DNA of 64,000 bases, from NCBI GenBank assembly GCA_009838035.1, contig VXSK01000002.1:415994-479993 (forward strand), in the 5' to 3' direction. This stretch comes from Gammaproteobacteria bacterium. GTDB taxonomy: Bacteria > Pseudomonadota > Gammaproteobacteria > Steroidobacterales > Foliamicaceae. This document shows, in pieces, positions 38,004 through 45,721 of the stretch (its first letter is position 1; every line of letters begins with the position of its first letter). The notes under the pieces are model-generated. The model was not told the DNA's origin and did no database searches. It worked only from the letters and a program-made list of their open reading frames with translations. A program made the translations under genes and the position numbers.

Positions 38004-40061
38004 TCAGGAATCTGAAGGCGTAATCAGGATGTTGCCGTATTCGTCCACCTGCCCCTCGTGAGCAGGGAGAATCAGCGTGGTCGAGTCCATCTCCAGAACG
38101 ATGGCCGGGCCGTTTATCACGTTGCCGGCCTTCAGTTTGGAGCGGTCATACAGCATGGCTTCCTGCATGCCGCCATCGACGTAGATTTCGTGCGTGACCA
38201 TTTCGGCGGCTGCAGGGCTGGCGTCGCCCTGGGCAACCCGTAATGCGCGCACCACCGTGGGCTTGCCCTCGGATACGGCACGCAGATTGACGAGCTCCTT
38301 GTCTTCGGGAAGTGCGAAGGTGAAAAGTTGCTCATGCATCTGATCGAATCTGTCTCCGATCACATCCAGGCCCTGCTGCCGCAAGTCGTCCAGTTCGAAA
38401 TCGACGGTCAGCAGCAAACCCTGTCCGTGGTAGCGGATGTCCGCCTGGTAGCTCAGGGTCTGGTCACTGCGCGGAATGCCCTCCTCGTCCAGTGCCTGTG
38501 AAGCCTGCTCGGCAAGGTCCGCGAAAATATCCGCCGCTTCTTCGGCCTTGGTGCGCCCGAATCGCCGGATGAAGGTTCGCGAGGCTTCGTTGCGCACCCG
38601 CGTGGTGGCGTCGCCGTAGGCGCACAGCACGCCAGGCCCCGGAGGAATGATGACCGGCCAGGAACTCATGAGCCTGCCCAGCGCGTTGGCGTGCAAGGGG
38701 CCGGCTCCGCCGAAGGCGATCAGCGCGAATTCGCGCGGGTCGTGGCCCTGCTCCACCGATACCAGCCTCAGGGCGCCGTACATGTTCTCGTTCACCAGGC
38801 TTACGATGCCCGAGGCCGCCTCCATCAGCGAAAGCCCCAGGGCGTCGGCGATCTTCTGCACGGCGGCTTCGGCCGCGCCGCGGTCCAGCTTCATGTCGCC
38901 GCCAAGTCGCACCTCCGCCGGCAGGTAGCCGAGCACCACGTTGGCGTCGGTAACCGTCGGCTCCTCGCCACCCTTGGCGTAGGCCGCCGGTCCCGGATCG
39001 GCGCCGGCGCTCTGCGGTCCGACGCGCAGCGCGCCGGTGAGCTCCGGAACGTGGGCGATGGAACCGCCCCCGGCGCCCACGGTGCGCACGTCCACCGATG
39101 AAGCGCGCACGGTCACGTCCCCCACGGTGGTCTCGCGCCTCAATTGCGCCTGACCGTCCTGCACGAGCGCCACGTCGGTGGACGTGCCGCCCATGTCGAA
39201 GGTCAGCAGGTTGTTGTGATCGGCCTGCGAGGCAATCCAGATGGCGCCGGAAACGCCGCCGGCCGGGCCGCTCATCAGCAGGTTGACCGGGACGGCCTCG
39301 GCCGCGTCCGCGGAGGCCAGACCGCCGTCGGAGCGCAGCACGTGCAGTTGCACACCGCTCATCGTGTCGTTGAGCTGCTGCTCGAGGTTGCGTACGTAGG
39401 TCGCCACCTTCGGGCGCACATAGGAGTTGGCGACCGTGGTGATCGTGCGCTCGTATTCCTGCATCTCCGGAACGACTTCCGATGACAGCGACACCGGAAC
39501 GCCGGGGAGAACGCGTTCGGCGACCTCACGGACCTGCTGCTCGTGCGCCGGGTTGGCGAAGGAGTTGATCAGCGACACGGTCAGCGCTTCCACGCCCTTC
39601 CCGGCCAGCTTCTGCAGTTCCGCCTCCAGGGACCCGACGTTGAGTTCGTGCACCACCGATCCGTCGGCGCCCACGCGCTCGTCCGCTTCGATGGTCAGCG
39701 CCAGCGGCGCGATCGGCAGGCTCTTGTTGTAGATCACCCATCCGCCCAAGCCGCCCGGCACGAAGGAACGGGCAATCTGCAGTACCTGCCGGTAGCCTTT
39801 GGTCGTAACCAGCCCTACCTTCGCGCCCGTCCCCGTGAGGATGGTATTGGTAGCGACCGTGGTCCCATGCATGACATGAGTGATGTCCCCGGGATCCACG
39901 TCCGCGTCGCCGCAAACCCGGTCGATGCCGTTGGACACGCCGATCGACGAATCCTCCGGCGTGCTGGGGACTTTTGCGGTGTACATCTCCCCCGACTGCT
40001 CGTTAACCAGGAGCAGGTCGGTAAAAGTACCGCCCACATCCACGCCCAAGCGAAAGCTCAT
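38004..40061 (-). CDS. hyuA: Hydantoinase A/oxoprolinase-family subunit
   Basis: 685 aa starting FRLGVDVGGTFTDLLLV, an ASKHA-fold N-terminus. LLTFDMGGTSTDVALV is a second HyuA-typical block. Confidence 0.85.
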   Translation of the reverse strand: MSFRLGVDVGGTFTDLLLVNEQSGEMYTAKVPSTPEDSSIGVSNGIDRVCGDADVDPGDITHVMHGTTVATNTILTGTGAKVGLVTTKGYRQVLQIARSFVPGGLGGWVIYNKSLPIAPLALTIEADERVGADGSVVHELNVGSLEAELQKLAGKGVEALTVSLINSFANPAHEQQVREVAERVLPGVPVSLSSEVVPEMQEYERTITTVANSYVRPKVATYVRNLEQQLNDTMSGVQLHVLRSDGGLASADAAEAVPVNLLMSGPAGGVSGAIWIASQADHNNLLTFDMGGTSTDVALVQDGQAQLRRETTVGDVTVRASSVDVRTVGAGGGSIAHVPELTGALRVGPQSAGADPGPAAYAKGGEEPTVTDANVVLGYLPAEVRLGGDMKLDRGAAEAAVQKIADALGLSLMEAASGIVSLVNENMYGALRLVSVEQGHDPREFALIAFGGAGPLHANALGRLMSSWPVIIPPGPGVLCAYGDATTRVRNEASRTFIRRFGRTKAEEAADIFADLAEQASQALDEEGIPRSDQTLSYQADIRYHGQGLLLTVDFELDDLRQQGLDVIGDRFDQMHEQLFTFALPEDKELVNLRAVSEGKPTVVRALRVAQGDASPAAAEMVTHEIYVDGGMQEAMLYDRSKLKAGNVINGPAIVLEMDSTTLILPAHEGQVDEYGNILITPSDS

Positions 40062-40087
40062 GCTGTTTCTCCCGTGTGTATTTCAGT

Positions 40088-41014
40088 TCAGGCCTGCGCG
40101 CCCATGGCCACGTCCGGGAATATTCCCGCGCGTGGCAGCATCGCAGGCAAATCGCCGTGGCCGAGCTGCTCGCGCAGCCAGCCACTGGTTTCGATGATCT
40201 TCTTCAACGACACGCCGGTCTCCACTCCCGACCTCGACAGAAGGTAAAGCAGGTCGTCGGTCGGAATGTTGCCGGTCGCCAGCGGCGCAAAGGGGCAACC
40301 GCCTATCCCGCCGATGCTGGCGTCGATGGACGCCACGCCGGCATCCAGCGCCGCCTGGGCGTTGGCCAGCCCGGTGTTGCGCGTATTGTGCAGGTGCACC
40401 CGGATCGGCAGGCCGGGCAGACGTTCGGAAATACGCCCGAGAACGTCCGTGATCTGCGCCGGCACGGCCACGCCGATGGAATCGGCGATCCCCAGTTCCA
40501 CCGGGTCGCCCTCGGCCACTCGTTCGGCGTACTCCACCACACGTTCCGGGGGAACCTCACCTTCGAAGGGGCAACCGAAGGCCGACGAAACCATGCAATT
40601 GGCCCGTATCCCTTCCTTCTTCGCTTCCTTCGCAATCTTGAGCCAGGCGTCGATGGATTCGAGGCTGGAGACACCCTGGTTGCGCCGGTTATAGGTGTCG
40701 CTGGACACCACGACCATGCCCACCTCGTCGATGCCGCAATCCCGGGCGCGTTCGAAGCCGCGCTGGTTCAGGATCAGGCCGATGAGAATCAGATCGTCGC
40801 GCTTCGGCACGCCGCGAACCACGTCTTCGGCATCGGCCATCTGCGGAACCCGCTTCGGGTGGACGAAACTGACTGCCTCCACCTTGCGTATCCCCGCGTC
40901 CACCGCGCGGCGAATGAAATCCAGCTTGACCTCGGTCGGCAACACTTCCTCGGATTGCAGGCCGTCCCGCGGACCCACTTCCACAATCGAAACACGACGC
41001 GCGCTGGCAGTCAT
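40088..41014 (-). CDS. HMG-CoA lyase-like (HMGL family) enzyme
   Basis: VSIVEVGPRDGLQSE, VRVHLHNTRNTGLANAQAAL and GGIGGCPFAP are HMGL-family blocks. Confidence 0.85.
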   Translation of the reverse strand: MTASARRVSIVEVGPRDGLQSEEVLPTEVKLDFIRRAVDAGIRKVEAVSFVHPKRVPQMADAEDVVRGVPKRDDLILIGLILNQRGFERARDCGIDEVGMVVVSSDTYNRRNQGVSSLESIDAWLKIAKEAKKEGIRANCMVSSAFGCPFEGEVPPERVVEYAERVAEGDPVELGIADSIGVAVPAQITDVLGRISERLPGLPIRVHLHNTRNTGLANAQAALDAGVASIDASIGGIGGCPFAPLATGNIPTDDLLYLLSRSGVETGVSLKKIIETSGWLREQLGHGDLPAMLPRAGIFPDVAMGAQA

Positions 41015-41051
41015 CGAAATGCCGTCCCCCTCAAACCAAGGCAGCGTATTC

Positions 41052-41062
41052 TATACAATGTA
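41052..41062. promoter_or_regulatory. Perfect 11-nt palindrome ATACAaTGTAT in divergent promoter region (operator candidate)
   Basis: Seen in the AT-richer stretch between the HMGL-like gene (minus strand) and the CoA-transferase gene (plus strand). No cognate regulator gene is present in the window. Confidence 0.3.
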
Positions 41063-41079
41063 TGTTCAAACTTCATCAT

Positions 41080-41113
41080 GGCCCGGCCCCGGAAACAAGC
41101 GGGGCCGGGCTTT
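41080..41113 (+). promoter_or_regulatory. Terminator-like hairpin plus T4 in the 5' leader of the CoA-transferase operon
   Basis: GCCCGGCCCCG-gaaacaag-CGGGGCCGGGC gives an 11-bp GC stem, followed by TTTT. It ends 25 nt before ATG 41139. Confidence 0.4.
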
Positions 41114-41138
41114 TCGCACGATAAGGGGAACCACGAAC

Positions 41139-42341
41139 ATGACGGACAAGACCGGCCCGCTGGCCGATCTGAGGCTGATTGAACTCGGGGCGCTGCTGGC
41201 GGGCCCGTTCTGCGGGCAACTGATGGCGGATTTCGGCGCCGAGGTGATCAAGGTGGAAGCGCCGGACCGGCCGGATCCGATGCGTGACTGGGGCCAGGAG
41301 AAAGCCCACGGAATGTCGCTGTGGTGGCCGGTGATTTCCCGGAACAAAAAGGCGATCACGCTGAATCTTCGCGAGAAAGAGGGCCAGGATATCCTCAAGG
41401 AACTGGTCGCCCAGGCCGACTTCCTGCTGGAGAACTTCCGGCCGGGAACGCTGGAGCGCTGGAACCTGTCCTGGGAGGAACTGCACGACATCAATCCCGC
41501 GCTGATCCTGATACGCGTGTCCGGCTATGGGCAGACCGGCCCCTATTCCTCGCGGGCCGGCTACGGCGCGATCGGCGAGGCCATGGGCGGATTGCGCTAC
41601 GTAGCCGGCGATCCCTCCACTCCGCCAAGCCGCGTGGGCATCAGCATAGGCGACCAGCTCGCGGCCACCTTCGCCTGCATCGGGGCCCTATCCGCCCTGC
41701 ATCACCGCGAGCGCACGGGCGAAGGGCAGATCGTGGATTCCGCGATCTACGAGGCGGTGCTCAACATGATGGAATCGCTCGTCACCGAATACCAGCAGGC
41801 CGGCTATGTCCGCGAGCGCACCGGGTCCATTCTGCCGCGTGTGGCGCCGTCGAACGTCTATCCCACCAGGGACGGTACCTACATCCTGATCGCGGCCAAC
41901 CAGGACAGCGTTTTCCGGCGCTTGAGCGCGGCCATGGGGCGGCCGGAACTGGCCGACGATCCCCGCTACTCCAGCCATGCCGCGCGTGGCGAGACGCAGA
42001 CGGAACTCGATGAGCTTATCGCGGAATGGACCGCGACCAAGGACGCCGCCGAGCTGGAGGCGCTGATGGACGAGAGCGGCGTCCCGTCCGGCAAGATCTA
42101 CCGGGCGCCGGAAATGCTCGAGGACGCGCACTTCAAGGCACGCGATGCGATCGTTTCGGTCATGCACCCGAAGTTCGGCGATCTGAAGATGCAGAACGTG
42201 GCGCCCAAGCTGTCGCTGACGCCCGGGCGGATACGGAACCCGGCGCCGGAGATCGGACAGCACAACGACGAAATCTACCGGGGCCTGCTCGACTACGACG
42301 ATGACAGGCTCGCCGGACTGAAGGAACGGGGGATTATCTGA
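41139..42341 (+). CDS. Family III CoA-transferase (CaiB/BaiF family)
   Basis: LADLRLIELGALLAGPFCGQLMADFGAEVIKVE at the N-terminus, then ENFRPGTLERW. ATG 41139 is in frame with the listed ORF 40695..42341. Confidence 0.85.
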   Translation: MTDKTGPLADLRLIELGALLAGPFCGQLMADFGAEVIKVEAPDRPDPMRDWGQEKAHGMSLWWPVISRNKKAITLNLREKEGQDILKELVAQADFLLENFRPGTLERWNLSWEELHDINPALILIRVSGYGQTGPYSSRAGYGAIGEAMGGLRYVAGDPSTPPSRVGISIGDQLAATFACIGALSALHHRERTGEGQIVDSAIYEAVLNMMESLVTEYQQAGYVRERTGSILPRVAPSNVYPTRDGTYILIAANQDSVFRRLSAAMGRPELADDPRYSSHAARGETQTELDELIAEWTATKDAAELEALMDESGVPSGKIYRAPEMLEDAHFKARDAIVSVMHPKFGDLKMQNVAPKLSLTPGRIRNPAPEIGQHNDEIYRGLLDYDDDRLAGLKERGII

Positions 42342-42345
42342 AATC

Positions 42346-42969
42346 ATGGTGGAACTCGACCAGGACTACAGCCAGGCCGGTTTCGGCGGCTCGATCCAGC
42401 CCGGGGCCAGGCCCGCGCTGCTGATCATCGACTTCGTTCAGGCCTACCTGGACCCCGAATGCTCGCTCTACGCGGGCGTGGAGGAAGAACTGGCCCAGGC
42501 GGTGAACCTGCTGGGCGAATGCCGCAAGGCCGGCATACCCGTTTTTCACACCTGCGTGGAATATGACGCCGCCGGGGTGGAGGGCGGCGTGTTCTACCGC
42601 AAGGTGCCGGCGCTGGCCAACCTTGTGAAGGGGTCGCCCTATTGCGCTTTCGGCGACGGGCTGGAGCCGGCCGAGGGCGAGGTGGTGATCGTCAAGAAAT
42701 ACCCCAGTGCGTTCTTCGGCACGCACCTGGCGGCCACGCTGTCTTCGCTGGGAGTCGATACGCTGCTGATTTGCGGATTGACCACCAGCGGCTGCGTACG
42801 CGCCTCGGCAGTGGACGCGCTGCAGTACGGCTACATTCCGATCGTCGTTCGCGAGGCCACCGGCGACCGTGACGAGCGGCCGCACGAGGCCAACCTGTTC
42901 GACATCAGCAAGAAATTCGGCGAGGTCATCGGCATCGATGACGCCCGCCGATACCTGGCATCGTTATGA
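42346..42969 (+). CDS. Isochorismatase-family cysteine hydrolase (N-carbamoylsarcosine amidase/RutB-like)
   Basis: Catalytic-triad context: LLIIDFVQAY (Asp), IVKKYPSAF (Lys), GLTTSGCVRAS (Cys). Confidence 0.8.
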   Translation: MVELDQDYSQAGFGGSIQPGARPALLIIDFVQAYLDPECSLYAGVEEELAQAVNLLGECRKAGIPVFHTCVEYDAAGVEGGVFYRKVPALANLVKGSPYCAFGDGLEPAEGEVVIVKKYPSAFFGTHLAATLSSLGVDTLLICGLTTSGCVRASAVDALQYGYIPIVVREATGDRDERPHEANLFDISKKFGEVIGIDDARRYLASL

Positions 42970-43829
42970 TCGGCCCGATCAGTTGCGTGACGATCGCCGC
43001 GCCCGACCTGGGCGCGATGGAAGAGGCCTACGAGCTTCTGGGCTACCAGTCGACCGGCGGCGGACGGGTTTCGGGGGAGCTGGCGAAATTCTGGGGCGCC
43101 GAGGCGGTGGAAGGCGCGCAGTTCCTGCTCATGGCGCCGGCAACCACCACCGGATTTCATTTCCGGTTCGTGGAGCAGCCGGAAACGGAAGGCTACGCGG
43201 CCTATCGATGCTGGGGCTGGAACGCGGCCGAACTGATGGTGCAGGACACCGATGCGCTGGAGAAACAACTCCTCGGCACGCCCTTCCACATCCTGGGGCC
43301 TCCCGCGGACCTGTCCATCACGGACGCCATCCGCGCCATGCAGGTCCAGGGACCGGCCAAGGAATTCCTGTACCTCACCATGTTCAAGCGGAGGACGGAA
43401 TTCGACGTGCCCGAGGCCGTGGATTTCGTCGACCGCACCTTCATCGTGATCCTCGGAGGGCCTTCGGTCGAGATGATCGGCGACGCCTGGGGCGAGCGCT
43501 TCGAACTCAGCTACGGCGAACCGCGTCCGGTGCGAATCACGGTCATGGGACAGGTCTACGGCCTGCCGTACGATCACCGCTTCATGCTGAGCACGATGTC
43601 CCTTTCCGGAAGCAACCTGATCGAACTCGACAGCATGCCGGAAACCGCCGAGCCGCGACCGCAGCGGGACGGCTGGCTGCCGCCGTCGATCAGCATGGTC
43701 AGCTTCGTTTCCGATTCGCTCGGAGAACACACGCTGAAGGACCAGCCGGGCGCACCTTATTACGGCCGCGAGGCCGGCATCTGGCGCGGTCCGGTAGGCG
43801 AGTGGGTGGAGCTCATCGCGCCCGTCTGA
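42966..43829 (+). CDS. Hypothetical two-domain protein, VOC (glyoxalase/dioxygenase)-like
   Basis: MIGPISCVTIAAPDLGAMEEAYELLGY resembles a VOC beta-alpha-beta start, and the length fits two modules. The start overlaps the upstream stop (ATGA). The family call is tentative. Confidence 0.45.
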   Translation: MIGPISCVTIAAPDLGAMEEAYELLGYQSTGGGRVSGELAKFWGAEAVEGAQFLLMAPATTTGFHFRFVEQPETEGYAAYRCWGWNAAELMVQDTDALEKQLLGTPFHILGPPADLSITDAIRAMQVQGPAKEFLYLTMFKRRTEFDVPEAVDFVDRTFIVILGGPSVEMIGDAWGERFELSYGEPRPVRITVMGQVYGLPYDHRFMLSTMSLSGSNLIELDSMPETAEPRPQRDGWLPPSISMVSFVSDSLGEHTLKDQPGAPYYGREAGIWRGPVGEWVELIAPV

Positions 43830-43875
43830 GCCGTGCTATTCTCCATTCAGGCTCCTTGAGAGGGAGGAATTCCAA

Positions 43876-45006
43876 ATGTTTCGAAACGTTCACGCCCTGA
43901 CGCCCGACGCCAATCACGACGAAGCTTCCCGCATGGACTTCGTCCGTGCTTTCCGGGCCCATCTCTCCGGCACGATCATGCCCGGCAACTTCTCCCTCTA
44001 CGAAGAGAAGATCAAGCCGGCCATCGAAAAGGAAACCGGACGTCCGCCGCAGCATCGCGACGAAATTCGCAAGAAGATGATGTCGGAACCGTATTACCAG
44101 CTGTGGAGCGCGATGACCCGCCGCAGTCAGGAAATGATGTGGGACGCCACGGTGGACACGGTCGAGCGGCAACTTCCCGACATGATCGAACGCTTCCGGG
44201 CCACGCACGGGAACGCCGGCGGCAGCCTCGAGCTGAACCCGGACCTCGAAATTCCGCGCTACCACACGGTGCACGACATTCACATCCAGCCGGGCGGCTA
44301 CCACACCGACCAGGTTGCCGACGACATCACGGCCGGCGCCCTGTACGAGACCGGCCTGCAGATGTACATGGCCGGAGCCTGGGGGCCGGAAGGGGATTTC
44401 CTGGGTCACATGCTGTGCAACGGCATGCGCGGAATCTGGCCGGATTTCCAGCCGAAACGCATCCTGGACATGGGCTGCGGCGCCGGCAACAGCACCCTGC
44501 CCTGGGGCAAGGTATTCCCCGATGCGGAGATCCATGCCATCGATGTCGGCGCACCCATGCTGCGCTACGCCCACACCCGGGCGGAGTCGCTGGGCGTTGC
44601 GGTGCACTTCAGCCAGCAGAACGCCGAATGCACCGACTACGAGGACGGCAGCTTCGACCTGGTCGTATCGCACATCATGCTGCACGAGACTTCCAAGAAG
44701 GCCCTGCCGCGCATCTTCGCCGAGACCCGCCGGCTGCTTGGCAGCGGCGGCCGGATGTTGCACTTCGACATCCCGCGCGGCGACACGCTGTTCGACCAGT
44801 TCATGCACGACTGGGAGAGCTACAACAACAACGAGTCCTTCGCCCGCTGCATGACCGACATCGACCTGGTCGCCGAAGCGGTCAAGGGCGGCTGGCCGGC
44901 GGACGAGGTGGGACTGGAACTCATGAAGTCCAACCTGGACGTCACCCAGCGCAACTACTCCCGGGACGAAATGAGCTTCAAGTCGCTGGCGGGAATTCGC
45001 GCATGA
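43876..45006 (+). CDS. Class I SAM-dependent methyltransferase with N-terminal extension (module copy 3)
   Basis: Motif I ILDMGCGAGNS; further blocks IHAIDVGAPMLRYAH, DLVVSHIMLHET and LGSGGRML. The extension block is LEIPRYHTVHDIHIQPGGY. A strong RBS (GAGGGAGGA) lies upstream. Confidence 0.85.
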   Translation: MFRNVHALTPDANHDEASRMDFVRAFRAHLSGTIMPGNFSLYEEKIKPAIEKETGRPPQHRDEIRKKMMSEPYYQLWSAMTRRSQEMMWDATVDTVERQLPDMIERFRATHGNAGGSLELNPDLEIPRYHTVHDIHIQPGGYHTDQVADDITAGALYETGLQMYMAGAWGPEGDFLGHMLCNGMRGIWPDFQPKRILDMGCGAGNSTLPWGKVFPDAEIHAIDVGAPMLRYAHTRAESLGVAVHFSQQNAECTDYEDGSFDLVVSHIMLHETSKKALPRIFAETRRLLGSGGRMLHFDIPRGDTLFDQFMHDWESYNNNESFARCMTDIDLVAEAVKGGWPADEVGLELMKSNLDVTQRNYSRDEMSFKSLAGIRA

Positions 45007-45371
45007 GCGCAGGCGAGGAAGCGCCCCGCCTGCGCCGCACCGCCAGGGGGAAACGGCCGCGCTACTTTTCCGACCCGGCAACCGACCGGCTCCTGGGGAT
45101 CCTGATGTCGCTGATCGGCGAGGTGTCGGTGCTGCGCGACCGTCTGGACAGCGTCGAGCGCCTCATCGAGAAGGGCGGCCTGTTCAAGCGCGAGGACATC
45201 GACAACTTCCTGCCCGATGCGGAGGCCGAAGCCCAGCGCGAAGACACGCGCCGGCGCTACGTCGCGCGCGTGATGCGGGTCGTGCAGAACGAGATGGAAG
45301 AAAAGACGCCGGTGGCCGCCATGCCGCCGGTGGCCGAAGTCCACAGCCAGTTCGAGAAAGGCAAACTCTAG
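45003..45371 (+). CDS. Small helical partner protein (module copy 3), unknown family
   Basis: 122 aa, with its start overlapping the methyltransferase stop (ATGA). The core GEVSVLRDRLDSVERLIEKGGLFKREDIDNFLPDAE aligns with copies 1 and 2. Confidence 0.7.
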   Translation: MSAGEEAPRLRRTARGKRPRYFSDPATDRLLGILMSLIGEVSVLRDRLDSVERLIEKGGLFKREDIDNFLPDAEAEAQREDTRRRYVARVMRVVQNEMEEKTPVAAMPPVAEVHSQFEKGKL

Positions 45372-45688
45372 GCTTCGTTATCGGCGGCGCGTAGCTTCAG
45401 GCCGGCCAGTTCGGCCGTCATCTGGATCTGGCATGTCAGCCGGCTGTTGGGCTTGCGCTCGAGCGCGCAATCGAGCATGGCGTCTTCCATGTCGTCGATC
45501 GGAGGCAGCTTGTCGACCCACTCCTCGTCGATATAGCTGTGGCATGTCGCGCAGGCGCAGCAGCCGCCGCATTCCGCCACGATCCCTTCGACGTCGTTTT
45601 CCAGCGCAATCTCCATGAGAGTGCAGCCTTCGGGAACCTCGATATCACGCGGGTTCCCCTTGCAATCGACGAAATGCACCGTGGGCAC
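45368..45688 (-). CDS. Adrenodoxin/putidaredoxin-type [2Fe-2S] ferredoxin
   Basis: 106 aa. Cys ligand pattern C-x5-C-x2-C in AECGGCCACATCH, with the fourth Cys in RLTCQ. Confidence 0.9.
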   Translation of the reverse strand: MPTVHFVDCKGNPRDIEVPEGCTLMEIALENDVEGIVAECGGCCACATCHSYIDEEWVDKLPPIDDMEDAMLDCALERKPNSRLTCQIQMTAELAGLKLRAADNEA

Positions 45689-45721
45689 TGAAATACCCCT
45701 TCCTAATACGCTTTTGGCGGA

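Noticed and set aside
45368-45371. Convergent genes (small partner 3 and the ferredoxin) overlap by their stop codons through the palindromic CTAG.
   Set aside because: This is a real but trivial consequence of tight packing. It is mentioned under the TonB2/ferredoxin finding rather than treated as a feature.
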